Part shown: piece by piece, positions 12,379 to 23,895 of the stretch
Position numbering within the stretch: the stretch's first letter is position 1
How the letters are laid out: each line of letters begins with the position of its first letter
Source of the DNA: Octopus bimaculoides
Lineage: Eukaryota
Assembly: GCF_001194135.2 (NCBI RefSeq)
Contig: NC_068982.1
Location: forward strand, 90,949,830-91,013,829
DNA length: 64,000 bases
Reading direction: 5' to 3'
Translations under genes and position numbers: made by a program
The notes under the pieces: generated by a model
Seen by the model: only the letters and a program-made list of their open reading frames with translations
What the model was told of the DNA's origin: nothing
Databases searched by the model: none

Positions 12379-13056
12379 TGTAAACATTATTTACATATGT
12401 ATGTAGGAAGAGAGAGGGAGAAAGAGAGAGATGCAGAAAGAGACATACACACAAGCGTACACATATACACCAACTCAGGCACATACACATACACGCGCAC
12501 GTGTGTGTGTATGTGTGTGCGTGTATGTACGTTTGTTTGTATCTACATACGTACATACATATATGTGTATGCGTTTATACGTATACATATACATGACATT
12601 TTATTCATAGTATTCCCACATTGCATATATTATTGCATTGATTATATATTTTTCACTTAGTAATAATAGGCAGAAGATACTTGCTAAAATTACTTGTAAT
12701 AGCAAAAATTGGATAATCGTTCTGGCTATGTATTTTTGCAAGTCAAAGAAAACAAATAACCTCTTTGTGAAACAGTCATTGTTACATTATGTGGAGTGCT
12801 GCTAATTTCAATTGTGAATGTTAATAATATGTGTAAATACTTGAACCTGATCGAAATTGTTTATAAACCTTATATATCAACTGTTTTGTAGAAAAGTAGG
12901 CGTTTCAAGGGAAAGGAAGTAATTACACTTACGTTTCATGTAGCTATTTATTTGTCATACTGAGCGCATATTTATCGTTAACATGCATGCTACAGCAGGT
13001 TTCGTTCGAGATAAAATCTTGTATGGACGTGGTGTGCTTACACACATCATATGTGT

Positions 13057-13088
<32 letters not shown>

Positions 13089-13128
13089 GGGTGAGAAAGT
13101 TGGTATGTGAAAGCACGTGGTTGAATGT

Positions 13129-13240
13129 ATAAAAGATAAACAAGAGTGAAAAAACTACAGAAGGCTTGTGTTCCATGGTTAAATTATTAACCATGTAACA
13201 CAAGCCTTCTGTAGTTTTTTCACTCTTGTTTATCGTTTAT
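13129..13240. repeat. Near-perfect inverted repeat (54-bp arms, 4-nt loop)
   Basis: Arms 13129-13182 and 13187-13240 match at 52/54 positions; loop ATTA. Confidence 0.95.
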
Positions 13241-13249
13241 ATATATATA

Positions 13250-14010
13250 CATATACAAAATGGGACAAGAACGCAAAACATCCAGACAGTTAGGTGACAC
13301 AAGAAAGGGACAACAAAGCATCCAGATTGACGATACAAAGAAAACAAGGACGGGTCATTCAGAGTTTTCTTTCCTCAGTCGAGTTCCAGATTATCTTTGC
13401 AATTTCTAGTATAACAATTTACAATGGTTATACTAGAGATTGCTCCAATCTGGCCAGCCCCAAGGAAAAATTAAACTAAAAGCATTAGATCCCTTTGAAG
13501 AAAGTAGTGAATGTATACGAAAACAAAGACGGGAAAAAACGGAGAAGGTTACACAAATACAAATAACAGGACATAACAACAGGTGTCTTTCGACTAAGGA
13601 CGATTTGAATTAAGCTGGCGTGTGTGGAAGTAGAACCTTACAGCAGGGACATAAGATTTCACAGGCACAGGGAAGAATATAGATGTTGCACGGACAGCGG
13701 CCTGTCAAGAAAGAAAGGTCAGGCTTGGCCGAACACCGGTCACGTAGGGAGAGAATAGAGAGAGGTAGAGGCAGAGGGACAGAAGAAATGACAGGAACAC
13801 AGTGAAGTGAAAAGAGGAGGGAAAGTGAGCAAGAAGAGAAGGCAATGAAATGTGAGGTGGGAACGAAAGAACGAAGAGTGGAATAAATTAAGTAAGTGAG
13901 AAAGGGCTGATAGAAAGAGGGAAAGAGTAAAAGAACAAAAGAATAGAGTCGTACACGATTTAGATAAATATATACTTACATATAAGAGACCAAAGTGTAC
14001 GTAGACCGCT
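13250..14010 (-). mobile_element. Probable Penelope-like element non-coding terminal region
   Basis: Purine-skewed non-coding repeat next to a long inverted repeat, with a hammerhead-like core at 13345-13381; the family assignment is inference from architecture only. Confidence 0.4.
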
Positions 14011-15384
14011 ATATATATATATATATNNNNNNNNNNNNNNNNNNNNNNNNNNNNNNNNNNNNNNNNNNNNNNNNNNNNNNNNNNNNNNNNNNNNNNNNNN
14101 NNNNNNNNNNNNNNNNNNNNNNNNNNNNNNNNNNNNNNNNNNNNNNNNNNNNNNNNNNNNNNNNNNNNNNNNNNNNNNNNNNNNNNNNNNNNNNNNNNNN
14201 NNNNNNNNNNNNNNNNNNNNNNNNNNNNNNNNNNNNNNNNNNNNNNNNNNNNNNNNNNNNNNNNNNNNNNNNNNNNNNNNNNNNNNNNNNNNNNNNNNNN
14301 NNNNNNNNNNNNNNNNNNNNNNNNNNNNNNNNNNNNNNNNNNNNNNNNNNNNNNNNNNNNNNNNNNNNNNNNNNNNNNNNNNNNNNNNNNNNNNNNNNNN
14401 NNNNNNNNNNNNNNNNNNNNNNNNNNNNNNNNNNNNNNNNNNNNNNNNNNNNNNNNNNNNNNNNNNNNNNNNNNNNNNNNNNNNNNNNNNNNNNNNNNNN
14501 NNNNNNNNNNNNNNNNNNNNNNNNNNNNNNNNNNNNNNNNNNNNNNNNNNNNNNNNNNNNNNNNNNNNNNNNNNNNNNNNNNNNNNNNNNNNNNNNNNNN
14601 NNNNNNNNNNNNNNNNNNNNNNNNNNNNNNNNNNNNNNNNNNNNNNNNNNNNNNNNNNNNNNNNNNNNNNNNNNNNNNNNNNNNNNNNNNNNNNNNNNNN
14701 NNNNNNNNNNNNNNNNNNNNNNNNNNNNNNNNNNNTATATATATAAGACAGAAACGAAAACGTCTCAGCAAAGGCTAGCGAGAATGCCAGATTCATTTCA
14801 TCTTGGGGGATTTTGTCCCAGATATGAGTTAACTTGAATATTTGATGACATTTCCTCTGAGCGCTGAGACGTACAAGTACCTCTGGCTGGTTATGGCGCG
14901 CAATATAACCACCGGGAGTAAGGGACTACAAGCTGTTATCCCAGAATCCTTCTAAGAAATGGACAGTTTAGGTAAAACCTGAGGCTACGTGTGATTAATG
15001 GTCATCTGACTTCGGCCTGTCACTAGGTACTAATCACGGAAACACAGAGAGTGGCACTTATGTTCTACAGCGTTTATTATTAAAATTCAATGGCGTACAT
15101 ATCTCTCTTTATGACGACTTCATTTGTCACTCCATCTACGGATATCCTATGGTGAAGGAAGAGATGGTACGTGTGCAGACCTAATCAGTTGGCAGCGCAC
15201 AGTAAGTTACAACATTCAGCTGTACCAGCTTTCATCTTTGATTTTTGTCCCCCTTTACCATTCTTTTCCTGTTGAGAGTTGTGCGCCCGAGCACCGTATG
15301 CAATAAGCTAATCATTGAATACAATCGAAGAGAGGGAAAATAGAAAAGTGAGAGAGGCTGACCACGATTATTATTATTATTATT

Positions 15385-16152
15385 GTTCAGTAGTTTTATT
15401 TTTATAACGTGCTTTCACTTCACTACCGAGCGCAGCTCTGTGTGCCTTGGGTATGTGCTGTGGTTTGCTGTGATGCTCTTATGGTTACTGTATTGAAAGT
15501 GTTTTGCGTAGGATGTGTGCAGTGCCCAGTAGTGCAATTTTCTGTATGTTATATATATTTGTAAGTCCTGGTGTTTTTCTTATGTATTTGTCTGAATATT
15601 TTTTTATTATACCTAAGGCACCTACTATGATAGGAATTGTTTCTGTTTTTAGATTCCACATTCGAATTACCTCTATTTCCAGGTCTTTGTNNNNNNNNNN
15701 NNNNNNNNNNNNNNNNNNNNNNNNNNNNNNNNNNNNNNNNNNNNNNNNNNNNNNNNNNNNNNNNNNNNNNNNNNNNNNNNNNNNNNNNNNNNNNNNNNNN
15801 NNNNNNNNNNNNNNNNNNNNNNNNNNNNNNNNNNNNNNNNNNNNNNNNNNNNGATACATCAATTAGAAAGCATTTTTTTTTCTTCATGATCTTTGACAAC
15901 TATATCTGGTCTATTTGCCTTAATTTCTCTATCTGTGTGTATTGGCATATCCCAGAGTATGGTTGCTTTCTCGTTTTCTGTGACCTTTTCTGGCGTGTGT
16001 TTATACCATCTTTTTTCTGTTGTTATTCCATAGTGTTGGCATAGCTTCCAGTGTATATAGGTCCCAACTCTGTCGTGTCTGTGAATATATTCCTTCTTAG
16101 CCAGGACTGGGCAGCCAGAGATAATATAATTTATTGTTTCTTGTCCATCTTG
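15385..16152 (-). mobile_element. R4/Dong-like restriction-like-endonuclease (RLE) non-LTR element, 5'-truncated copy 1 (contains an N gap)
   Basis: ETINYIISGCPVLAKKEYIHRHD zinc knuckle, ANRPDIVV (RLE PD motif), LIDV, TIPIIVGALG...IQKIALLGTAHILRKTLSIQ*; 3' UTR ends in (TAA)n. Confidence 0.9.
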
Positions 16153-16295
16153 GACGAAATGCTTAGCGGTATTTCGCCCGTCGCAACGTTCCAAGTTCAA
16201 ATTCCGCCGAGATCAACTTTACCTTTCATCGTTTCATCGACTAACCCCCACCCTACAAATAGGAGGTCTTGTGCCTCCAGTAGAAAGGATTATCA
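16151..16295 (+). mobile_element. SINE family A, 5'-truncated and internally deleted
   Basis: GGACGAAATGCTTAGCGG...GTTCAAATTCCGCCGAG, joined directly to ATCGACTAACCCC...CTTGTGCCTCCAGTAGAAAGGATT. Confidence 0.85.
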
Positions 16296-16312
16296 TTGTT
16301 ATTATTATTATT

Positions 16313-16348
<36 letters not shown>

Positions 16349-16349
<1 letters not shown>

Positions 16350-16945
16350 TCTCTGCACAGCTTCTAACGCTGGAGATGTACTACAGTGTCAGCTGTTCAC
16401 TACCAGTGAACTAAGGTAACTCCTCTTATTTTTCGAACACCAATCCGGAGTATTCGAGCAGTTCCAAGCAGTGCTGTTTTCTGCAAGTACTCCACCCTTA
16501 TTGCAGCCCCTGTTTGTTCCACATACTTCTCGAGATTTTTGCTCACTGTTCCCAGGGCTCCGACAATTATTGGCACTACTGGTACCTTTTTCATCGACCA
16601 CAACTGCTTAACTTCCCAAGCTCATATCTCTCGACTTTTCTTTCTTCCTTATCGCATACCTTGTTGTCAGCTGGGCATGCTATATCTATGAACCAGCATA
16701 GTTTCTTTTCTTTCTCAATTAAGACTATGTCCGGCTTCCTAATCTTAATCTCGTGGCCGCACTGAATCATAAAATACCATAGGATCTTTGCATTTCTGTT
16801 TTCGGTGATGCCTTCAGGTTTGTGGTGGTACCAATTTTTTGCTCTGCCAAGTCCATACTTGTTACAAAGTGTCCAATGGACAAGCCTGGTAATATTGTCG
16901 TGGCGTCTCTTATATTCCTTCTGGACTAGTGGCGTACATTCGCAA
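16349..16945 (-). mobile_element. R4/Dong-like RLE non-LTR element, second family
   Basis: ECTPLVQKEYKRRHDN, IRKPDIVLIEK, FIDIACPAD, VPIIVGALG, LQKTALLGTARIL; 3' UTR differs from copy 1 and ends in (CAA)n/(TAA)n. Confidence 0.9.
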
Positions 16946-17068
16946 ACAGGATATCGGCCCATATGTGTCTACTGTATTGCCTTTTTCGATGCTTTTCAGG
17001 CACAGCACTGTCCTACCCAATGCTTGGTCGGCATTTAACAAGGTGATATTATTATTATTATTATTATT

Positions 17069-17217
17069 GTTCAGTATTTTTATTTTTATAACGTGCTTTC
17101 ACTTCAATACCGAGCACAGCTCTGTGTGCCTTGGGTATGTGCTGTGGTTTGCTGTGATGCTCTTATGGTTACTGTATTGAAAGTGTTTTGCGTAGTATGT
17201 GTGCAGTGCCCAGTAGT
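17069..17217 (-). mobile_element. 149-bp extreme 3' fragment of the copy-1 R4/Dong family, inside (TTA)n
   Basis: Nearly identical to 15385-15533 (only a few differences), with TTA repeats on both sides. Confidence 0.92.
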
Positions 17218-17225
17218 TATTATTA

Positions 17226-17267
<42 letters not shown>

Positions 17268-17819
17268 GTGAGTCAGAGAGCAGTGCATCCCATAAAATTG
17301 ACACACTGGGGTACAAATATACGAAGCCCAGTATATCCCACATAACTACCCGCCTGACAAGTGTACACCAGGCACATGCATTACAACCATGTTTGCGCGA
17401 CACAGTGATCTCATATCAAGATAAACAGCGCATGACCTTGTAGGTAGGGTCTAATTTTCTTCAGGTCGAGTAGCCCATCCCCCTCAAAAAATCCCTGAAT
17501 AAGGTATGGTAAATGATGATGAACAAAACACCCATGTTTCCAAAGGTGAATTATTCAAGCCCCAAAGAATTCCTCTCAACACATGGCTATGATGCTCCCC
17601 CACTACTTCTGCTCCTGATTAGAGATACACATATCGTCAGCCACTAAGGGACATGCTCAACTGGTTAAGGTCAAACACCTGACAAGCAAATCTGTGGGAT
17701 TAAGCAGAATATTTACTGTAGCCCATCTTTTATAGCAAGACAAACCAATGTACATGATAACATTTCCAATCAGTTAAGACCAGAAGCCATGAGAGCCACT
17801 GGCTGGTACTGCATCAAGG

Positions 17820-17824
<5 letters not shown>
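17268..17824. mobile_element. 557-bp non-coding interspersed element flanked on both sides by (TTA)n
   Basis: Sharp boundaries with TTA tracts; complex sequence; no convincing protein-coding frame or tRNA boxes seen. Confidence 0.6.
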
Positions 17825-17875
<51 letters not shown>

Positions 17876-17888
17876 GTCGTCGTCGTCG

Positions 17889-18130
17889 TCGTTGTTGTTG
17901 TTGTTGTTAAGGNNNNNNNNNNGCTGGCACAATCGTTAGTACCCTGGGCAAAATGCTTTGCGTCATTTCGTCCGTCTTTACGTTCTGAGTTCAAATTCCG
18001 CCGAAGTCGACTTTGTCTTTCATCTTTTCGGGGTCGATAAATTAAGTACCAGTCAAGTATTAGGGTTGATATAATCGACTAGCCCTCACCCCAAATTCAA
18101 GCCTTGCGCCTTTAGTAGAAAGGACTATTA
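17889..18130 (+). mobile_element. SINE family A (10-N gap in head)
   Basis: GCTGGCACAATCGTTAG...GTTCTGAGTTCAAATTCC...GGGGTCGATAAATTAAGTACCAG...CCTTGCGCCTTTAGTAGAAAGG. Confidence 0.88.
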
Positions 18131-18984
18131 TTACTAAGCAACTGATAACAAGAAAAAGGAAGTAAAAACAAAAAAGAAAAGTAAAAAAAAATTAGAAAAG
18201 AATATTTAGTCGAACAGTTTTGTGTAAATATCATGAAATACCCCTTATTATTTCATTAAGAAAATGAAAGCAAATTTGTTTTTAAATATACAGTTCATAT
18301 ATACAGCAATTCCATCAAATACTTGAGCAAGGGAGGGAACTCTTATTTTAGCCTTCGCATTATAACTCCTCGCCCATTTTCATAGAATCAAGTGTATGAA
18401 TTCGTTCGTTGCTTTCACCGGCTGGCTTTTATAACACAATCTCCACCCATCTGCATCAATATTTCCCAAAAACTTTTAGTTAGTTGATCCTGTAGTTATC
18501 TCCCTTGCTTGTTGTTTTTAAACTTAAAACACCCGTAGAAGGTTTTACCTACTAACTGAAATGTTAATTTCCATTTATAGTTTTTCAATTATGCATCTAT
18601 CCTCGTTCACTGCGAGTGTGTAGTTTAAAAAAAAACGTGTTAAATGAATCAGTGATAAACGAATAACAAAGCACATGGACGAAAAAAGTTTCGTTCTGAA
18701 GCACCAAGTTGTTGTGAGCATTGTGGGTCCTCGGTGGAGCACACTTTTGCGGTTCAAGCATAATCTCCGAGTGATCGCTGTCCCGTATTATTACAGATCA
18801 ATCTCGTGGAGAGCGTAACACGGTTCACAATTGAGCGTAGTATTATCCGGAATCAGTAATAAACGAGAATAGATGTATTCAATATTATATATGAGACCCA
18901 ACGATGTATGCACGATTTCTAACACTGATGTAACGCCGCGTCACATCGAATGAAACATGTTTGTTTCCCGCTTTTCTAATAGAC

Positions 18985-19130
18985 GGAGGTGACGAATTGG
19001 CATAGTCGTTGAAATATCAGAGAGAATTCTCTGGTGATATTTGTTTCAGTTCTTTGCGCTCTTAGTTCAAACCTCACCGAGGTCAATTTTGCCTTTCATC
19101 CTTTCCATGTCGATAAGTAAAATACTTGTT
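18985..19130 (+). mobile_element. SINE family A, diverged 5' part
   Basis: TTAGTTCAAACCTCACCGAGGTCAATTTTGCCTTTCATCCTTT..GTCGATAA. Confidence 0.7.
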
Positions 19131-20378
19131 CTAGACAGTGTATATGCAAACCTGTTGGAACGTCAGAAGAGAAACCTTGCCGTATCTGTTCCGGTTCTGT
19201 ACATTTTGAGTTCAAATTTCCCCGATGAGAGGCATTAAGAGAACTAGTGGAAAACTAGTAGAGAATTAAAAGAACTAATAGCAACATCCCAAAGACTAGT
19301 CATTGCTATTCTTTTCTGGAATAGAAAATATTTCACTTTTAATCATTTACTGACTCAAGGAAGATTCATTGTGTAATATTTCTCATACATCAGACACAGT
19401 GTTGTTGCTAAAGACACAAAAGTTCTTGACTGCATGTAAAAGATGGTTTTTACGACGGATTAGCAACGATTCCCTGGCCAACATATATTGTCTAGCAGAC
19501 GTTTGTTTTGTTTTCCCTCTCTGCTTCTAAAGCTTCTACAATAGCCTTGGTTTCTTTAGATACTAGTTTCTCTAGATACAAACTAGATAGTTAAGCACTT
19601 CTACTTACACCCTCCCGACACACTTTTACCATCTATATATATCTCATCACCGAAGCGTATCTCTAATCACTACCGGCAATCCTTTCTCTACAGGACCGCA
19701 ACCTTTTGTAATCCCATATCGCCAAAATATTTCTTGCATACGTCAGCTTATAGAAGCTCAAGCTAAATATAAATTCCTTCGATGGCCTCACCAGAACTGT
19801 AAGCCTTGCAATGGCTATGAACACTGCACTTTGTTCCTGACAGCGCTATAAAGGTATTTGAAATACTTAATAGTTCTTTTGATGCTGAGCAAACACAATT
19901 TCAAGGTCAATATTTACGTTAGGTACTCGGATATCAGTTCTAATGATTCAGCTAATTTATATGGCTATGAATATATATAATCATATATATTCATTGGTTA
20001 TAATGAATATATATGCGTGAGCGAGTGTGTGTATGTGTGTGTGCGCGCGCGTGCGTGTATGTGTGCATGTGCGCCTCTGTTTTTATGTATGATTGTATAT
20101 GAAAAACAAACATTAGTTGAAGGATTGTTTAACATTTTTGCCTAGAATGTCATATGTATTTCATTTTTACAAACTAAAAATTGACAGTTACTTCGAAGTA
20201 TCTGCTTCATCTGACAAGATTGACAAAACCGAAGCTGCTAAATAACAGTCGATACATCCCTTGTAATGATTATATGTAGCAATATAATACTTTGTAAGTG
20301 GATTTGGTAGAAGGAAACTGCGTGGAAGACCGACATATGTGTACATATATACGTATGTGTATGCGTGCCTGTGTCTGT

Positions 20379-20442
<64 letters not shown>

Positions 20443-20482
20443 TATACACATATATGCATGCATGTATGTGTGTGTGCGTGTG

Positions 20483-20800
20483 TGAGAAGGCTCGTGGCTT
20501 AGTGATTAGCATATTTGGCTCTCGATCGTGAGGTCGTGAGTTCGATACACTGTGATGTGTTGTGTCCTTGATTAAACACTTTATTTCGCGTTGCTCCGGT
20601 CCACCCAGCTGGCAAAAATTAGTTGTACATTTAATTCAAAGGGCCAGCTTTGTCACATTCTATGCTGAATCTCCCTGAGAACTATGTGAAGGGTACGCGT
20701 GTCTGTGGAGTGCTCGGCCACTTGCAGGTTAATTCCACGAGCAGACTGTTCCGTTGGTCGGCTCAACTGGAACATTGGTTGTAACCGACGGAGTACCAGT
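20483..20800 (+). mobile_element. SINE family C (tRNA head, distinct body)
   Basis: A-box-like GTGGCTTAGTGATTAG and B-box-like GTGAGTTCGATAC, then TTGTGTCCTTGA..AAACACTTT...CCACCCAGCTG and a long unique body. Confidence 0.8.
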
Positions 20801-20899
20801 TATGTATGTTCTCCTGTTTTTAATTATTTGAATTCTTCCTCCCTAAGAAAGGATCTAGCTTCTAATAAAGATACAAAGCTCCATCGTTGGAATATAGAT

Positions 20900-21085
20900 A
20901 ACAAAAACAATGCCACATTTTAAACTTGAGAAATGGCTTCCATACTTTTGTTGTTCCACTTTCAGATTGTATTTGTAATGTGCGAGTTAGGTGGTCGATT
21001 TCTTTTTCTGAAAACCTTAGTTTATCCAGATTGTCACTTAGGCGTTTACTCACAAAACAAAATACATCAATTATCATTGGTATAA
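20900..21085 (-). mobile_element. RLE-type non-LTR element C-terminal relic (third lineage)
   Basis: FVSKRLSDNLDKLRFSEKEIDHLTRTLQIQSESGTTKVWKPFLKF resembles the post-GALG C-terminus of R4/CRE-type elements. Confidence 0.55.
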
Positions 21086-22109
21086 GCGTGAATTTATGAT
21101 CTGAGCATAGAAGCTGGAGGTTTCAAAGCAATTGTCCATAGTAATCCCCTTTCTCTGTGATTTTCAAAGAAATATTCACATCAGCACGACAGCTGACGTC
21201 TATGACGTTACATTTTTCTTTTGTCTTTTCCAAACAACAATATATCCAGCCTGTTATGTTTACACTTGACAGATGTTTTGATGGGAATGTTCCGCCAGTA
21301 CAACTTGTGTTTATGTTCGTGTATATATTCAATAGGTGGCTGGGTGGAATTCTCTGTTTATTTCAGGACAGTCGTGTTTTCTGAATGGCATTGCGTATTG
21401 TTTTTGCAACAACGTTGTGTCGCATAGGGAGGTGATACCATGACGATATTTTGGGGCAGCTGCCAATCACATGTGGGATGTATTTCAGAATAATATGACA
21501 TAGTATACATTTTCAATTGCATCTTGAAGTTCCAAGGGCTTCACTGCCTCTTGTTTATGAGATATTTCGCAGCAATAGGATTGCAAATGCTGAGCATTTG
21601 AAGAATGTGATGTGATGCAGTAGTATGTATGTATGTATGTATGTATGTATGTATGTATGTATGTATGTATGTATGTCATTATTCAGTTATATTTCAAGAT
21701 GTTTTGTCAATACAAAAAGAACCGCTTTCTAACTTAGATCCAAGGCTCCTTCACTGGAATTTCAACAACATCAACAGAGTATTTTTCTATGTGTGAATGT
21801 ATATGTGCAGATTTATATGGTTTGTTTTATGTATGTCTTCTCATGCATATAATTGCACATCTAAACACGCTCATATATACTTAAATGATAAACAATTGAA
21901 ATGTTTTACAGATTTTATAGTTCCAGTGATGGCTTGGATCTAATCAGCTTTCTCCTTTCTGCTTTTGAGAAGCCTAATTTCTCAAGATTGATATTTAGGC
22001 AGTGTGCATGCATATACGTGTGTATGTCATTGTATCGACCAGACTATCGGATGTCGTTGTACACAACACGCTTCCTTGCATTGTTTTAGTTTCCGAATGA
22101 TATCATTCC

Positions 22110-22310
22110 GCTGACTAGGCAGGCAGGCCATCGCTCGCCTTGTACGGAAACCTGACTGTGGCAGGGTCATCTATTTGCAGCCGAATGGATTGGTGCAGCG
22201 TGAAATGAATGTTTTGCTCCACAAAAAGTTCATTTGCCGGACTGAAAATTCAAAACCAAGATCCTGCGATCGTGAGTGCAACACCTGAAACACTAGACCA
22301 CGTGCCTTCA
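22110..22310 (-). mobile_element. SINE family C head, diverged
   Basis: Reverse complement GTGAAGGCACGTGGTCTAGTG...CACTCACGATCGCAGGATC..GGTTTTGAATT matches the 20483 head. Confidence 0.65.
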
Positions 22311-22620
22311 CATACACACACACACACACACACACATTCATATATGGGGGTATATATTTGTGGGGGGGGGGGCGTAAAAGCGCGTGATATACAAAAATTT
22401 ACATATGCGTGTGCGCACGCGTAAGTGTGTGTACGTGAGAGTGTTTTTGCGTTATTTGCATTTATGCATGTTTATATGGTCACATGGTTTACAAGGTCTC
22501 TGGCGCAATATATGCGCGCATGCATGCGTTCAGTGTATGTGCAGGGGTGGTGTTTGCGTTTGTGAGTGTGTGTTTGAGAATGTAAGTAAGTGCGTGTGCG
22601 TGTGTGTTTATGTGCATGTG

Positions 22621-22662
<42 letters not shown>

Positions 22663-22987
22663 ATAGAGAGAGAGAGCTTGTATGCAAGGAAAGTTACAAT
22701 GGTCGTACTGAGAAAGAAATTCATAACTGTTTACTTCTATTTATTTATTTATGTGTGGAATGTTAGTAATGATATGTTAATAAATAATAGTAACGGACTT
22801 GGACACACAACTCTGTCATACATACTGAACGACTTAGTCCCTCTTAAATGTTTCTGCATCGTGTGTGTGAGTGTGTGTGTTACATAACTATACGCACACA
22901 CTATATGTATATTTATACGCACAAGCAGAAAGAACAGAGCGATGAAAAGGCTATTAGTTTAATGCTTCAGTCATTGAAAGGGAATGG

Positions 22988-23021
22988 CTTAACGTTTTGG
23001 AAGTCAATCCTTCATCAGAAA
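22988..23021 (-). ncRNA. Minimal hammerhead ribozyme motif with G12-to-A substitution (probably inactive)
   Basis: TTT CTGATGA A GGA TTGACT TCC AAAA CGT T AAG; stems I and II pair; GAAA appears as AAAA. Confidence 0.6.
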
Positions 23022-23300
23022 TAAAACAGAAACATAGGAAGAGAAGAAGAGAGGAGTAGTGAGTATAGAATTTTAAAAATATAGAAAACGTAAAATAATG
23101 TTCAAAACTTAAGAAGTAAAAACCAAACATATTAGTGGAAAAGATGCACGGAAAAGGTTTGAAAACTGGGTGGAATGCCGTTTTAGTGAGCGGAAGCCAA
23201 GAAGGGAGGAGGTGAATGCGTAGATGCGTCTATCTGAGTGTTTGTGTCTCTGGAAGCGGGAATAAAGGAGAATGGTAAAGGAATGCTGTGAGGTACATCA
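22988..23300 (-). mobile_element. Penelope-like element 3' relic (GIY-YIG C-terminus-like plus hammerhead motif)
   Basis: Decayed LGxxSxNGxxTQFS-like end, a pyrimidine-rich UTR, then CTGATGA-A-GGA(ttgact)TCC-AAAA-CGT-T at the end. Confidence 0.6.
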
Positions 23301-23316
23301 ATAAAGCTCCACAGTA

Positions 23317-23533
23317 GGCGGCGAGCCAACAGAAACGTTAGCACGCCAGGCGAAATGCTTAGCAGTATTCCGTCTGTCTTTACGTTCTGAGTTCAAATTC
23401 TACCGAGATCGACTTTGCCTTTCATCCTTTCTGGGTCGATAAATTAAGTATCAGTTGCGTACTGGGGTCGATCTAATTGACTGGTCTCTTCCCCAAAAAT
23501 TTCGGACCTTGTGCCTAGAGTAGAAAAGAATAC
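23317..23533 (+). mobile_element. SINE family A, full length with TSD
   Basis: Repeat AGCTCCACAGTAGG at 23305-23318 and 23534-23547; A/B-box-like motifs present. Confidence 0.92.
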
Positions 23534-23791
23534 AGCTCCACAGTAGGTTGAATTTAGAAGTATGATGGTATGTCGATGGTATGTCAGTATGTCGATATGT
23601 GGTGCGATTGTTAGATGGGTAGATGAACACGTCTACGCAAAGCTTTTGAGTGAGTGTGTGTGTGTGTGTGCGTGTGTAATCGTGTTTTGTCTAAAGAACT
23701 CGCGACAGGCACATTAAGTAGACCACCTACTTATCCATGTGTATGCTTTTATGTGCATGCGTAGTAAAAGACAAAAAGACAGAGTTGTACA

Positions 23792-23895
<104 letters not shown>

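Noticed and set aside
13740-14837. Long ORFs of 250-380 aa here and at 24997-26169 and 60517-61460
   Set aside because: They consist of X residues from N gaps and are not coding evidence
14740-15365. Complex non-coding stretch next to the Dong stack (similar cases at 18300-18960 and 19400-19900)
   Set aside because: Probably old repeat relics, but no motif, terminus or second copy allows a supported call
17582-17644. CTGACGA...GAAG...TA.GCCAT hammerhead-like arrangement on the minus strand of the 557-bp element
   Set aside because: GAAG instead of GAAA, poor stems II and III, and C3 would have to pair in stem I
21420-21465. GATACCATGA similarity to U1 snRNA
   Set aside because: Only about 10 matching bases; no 5' ATACTTACCTG and no Sm site
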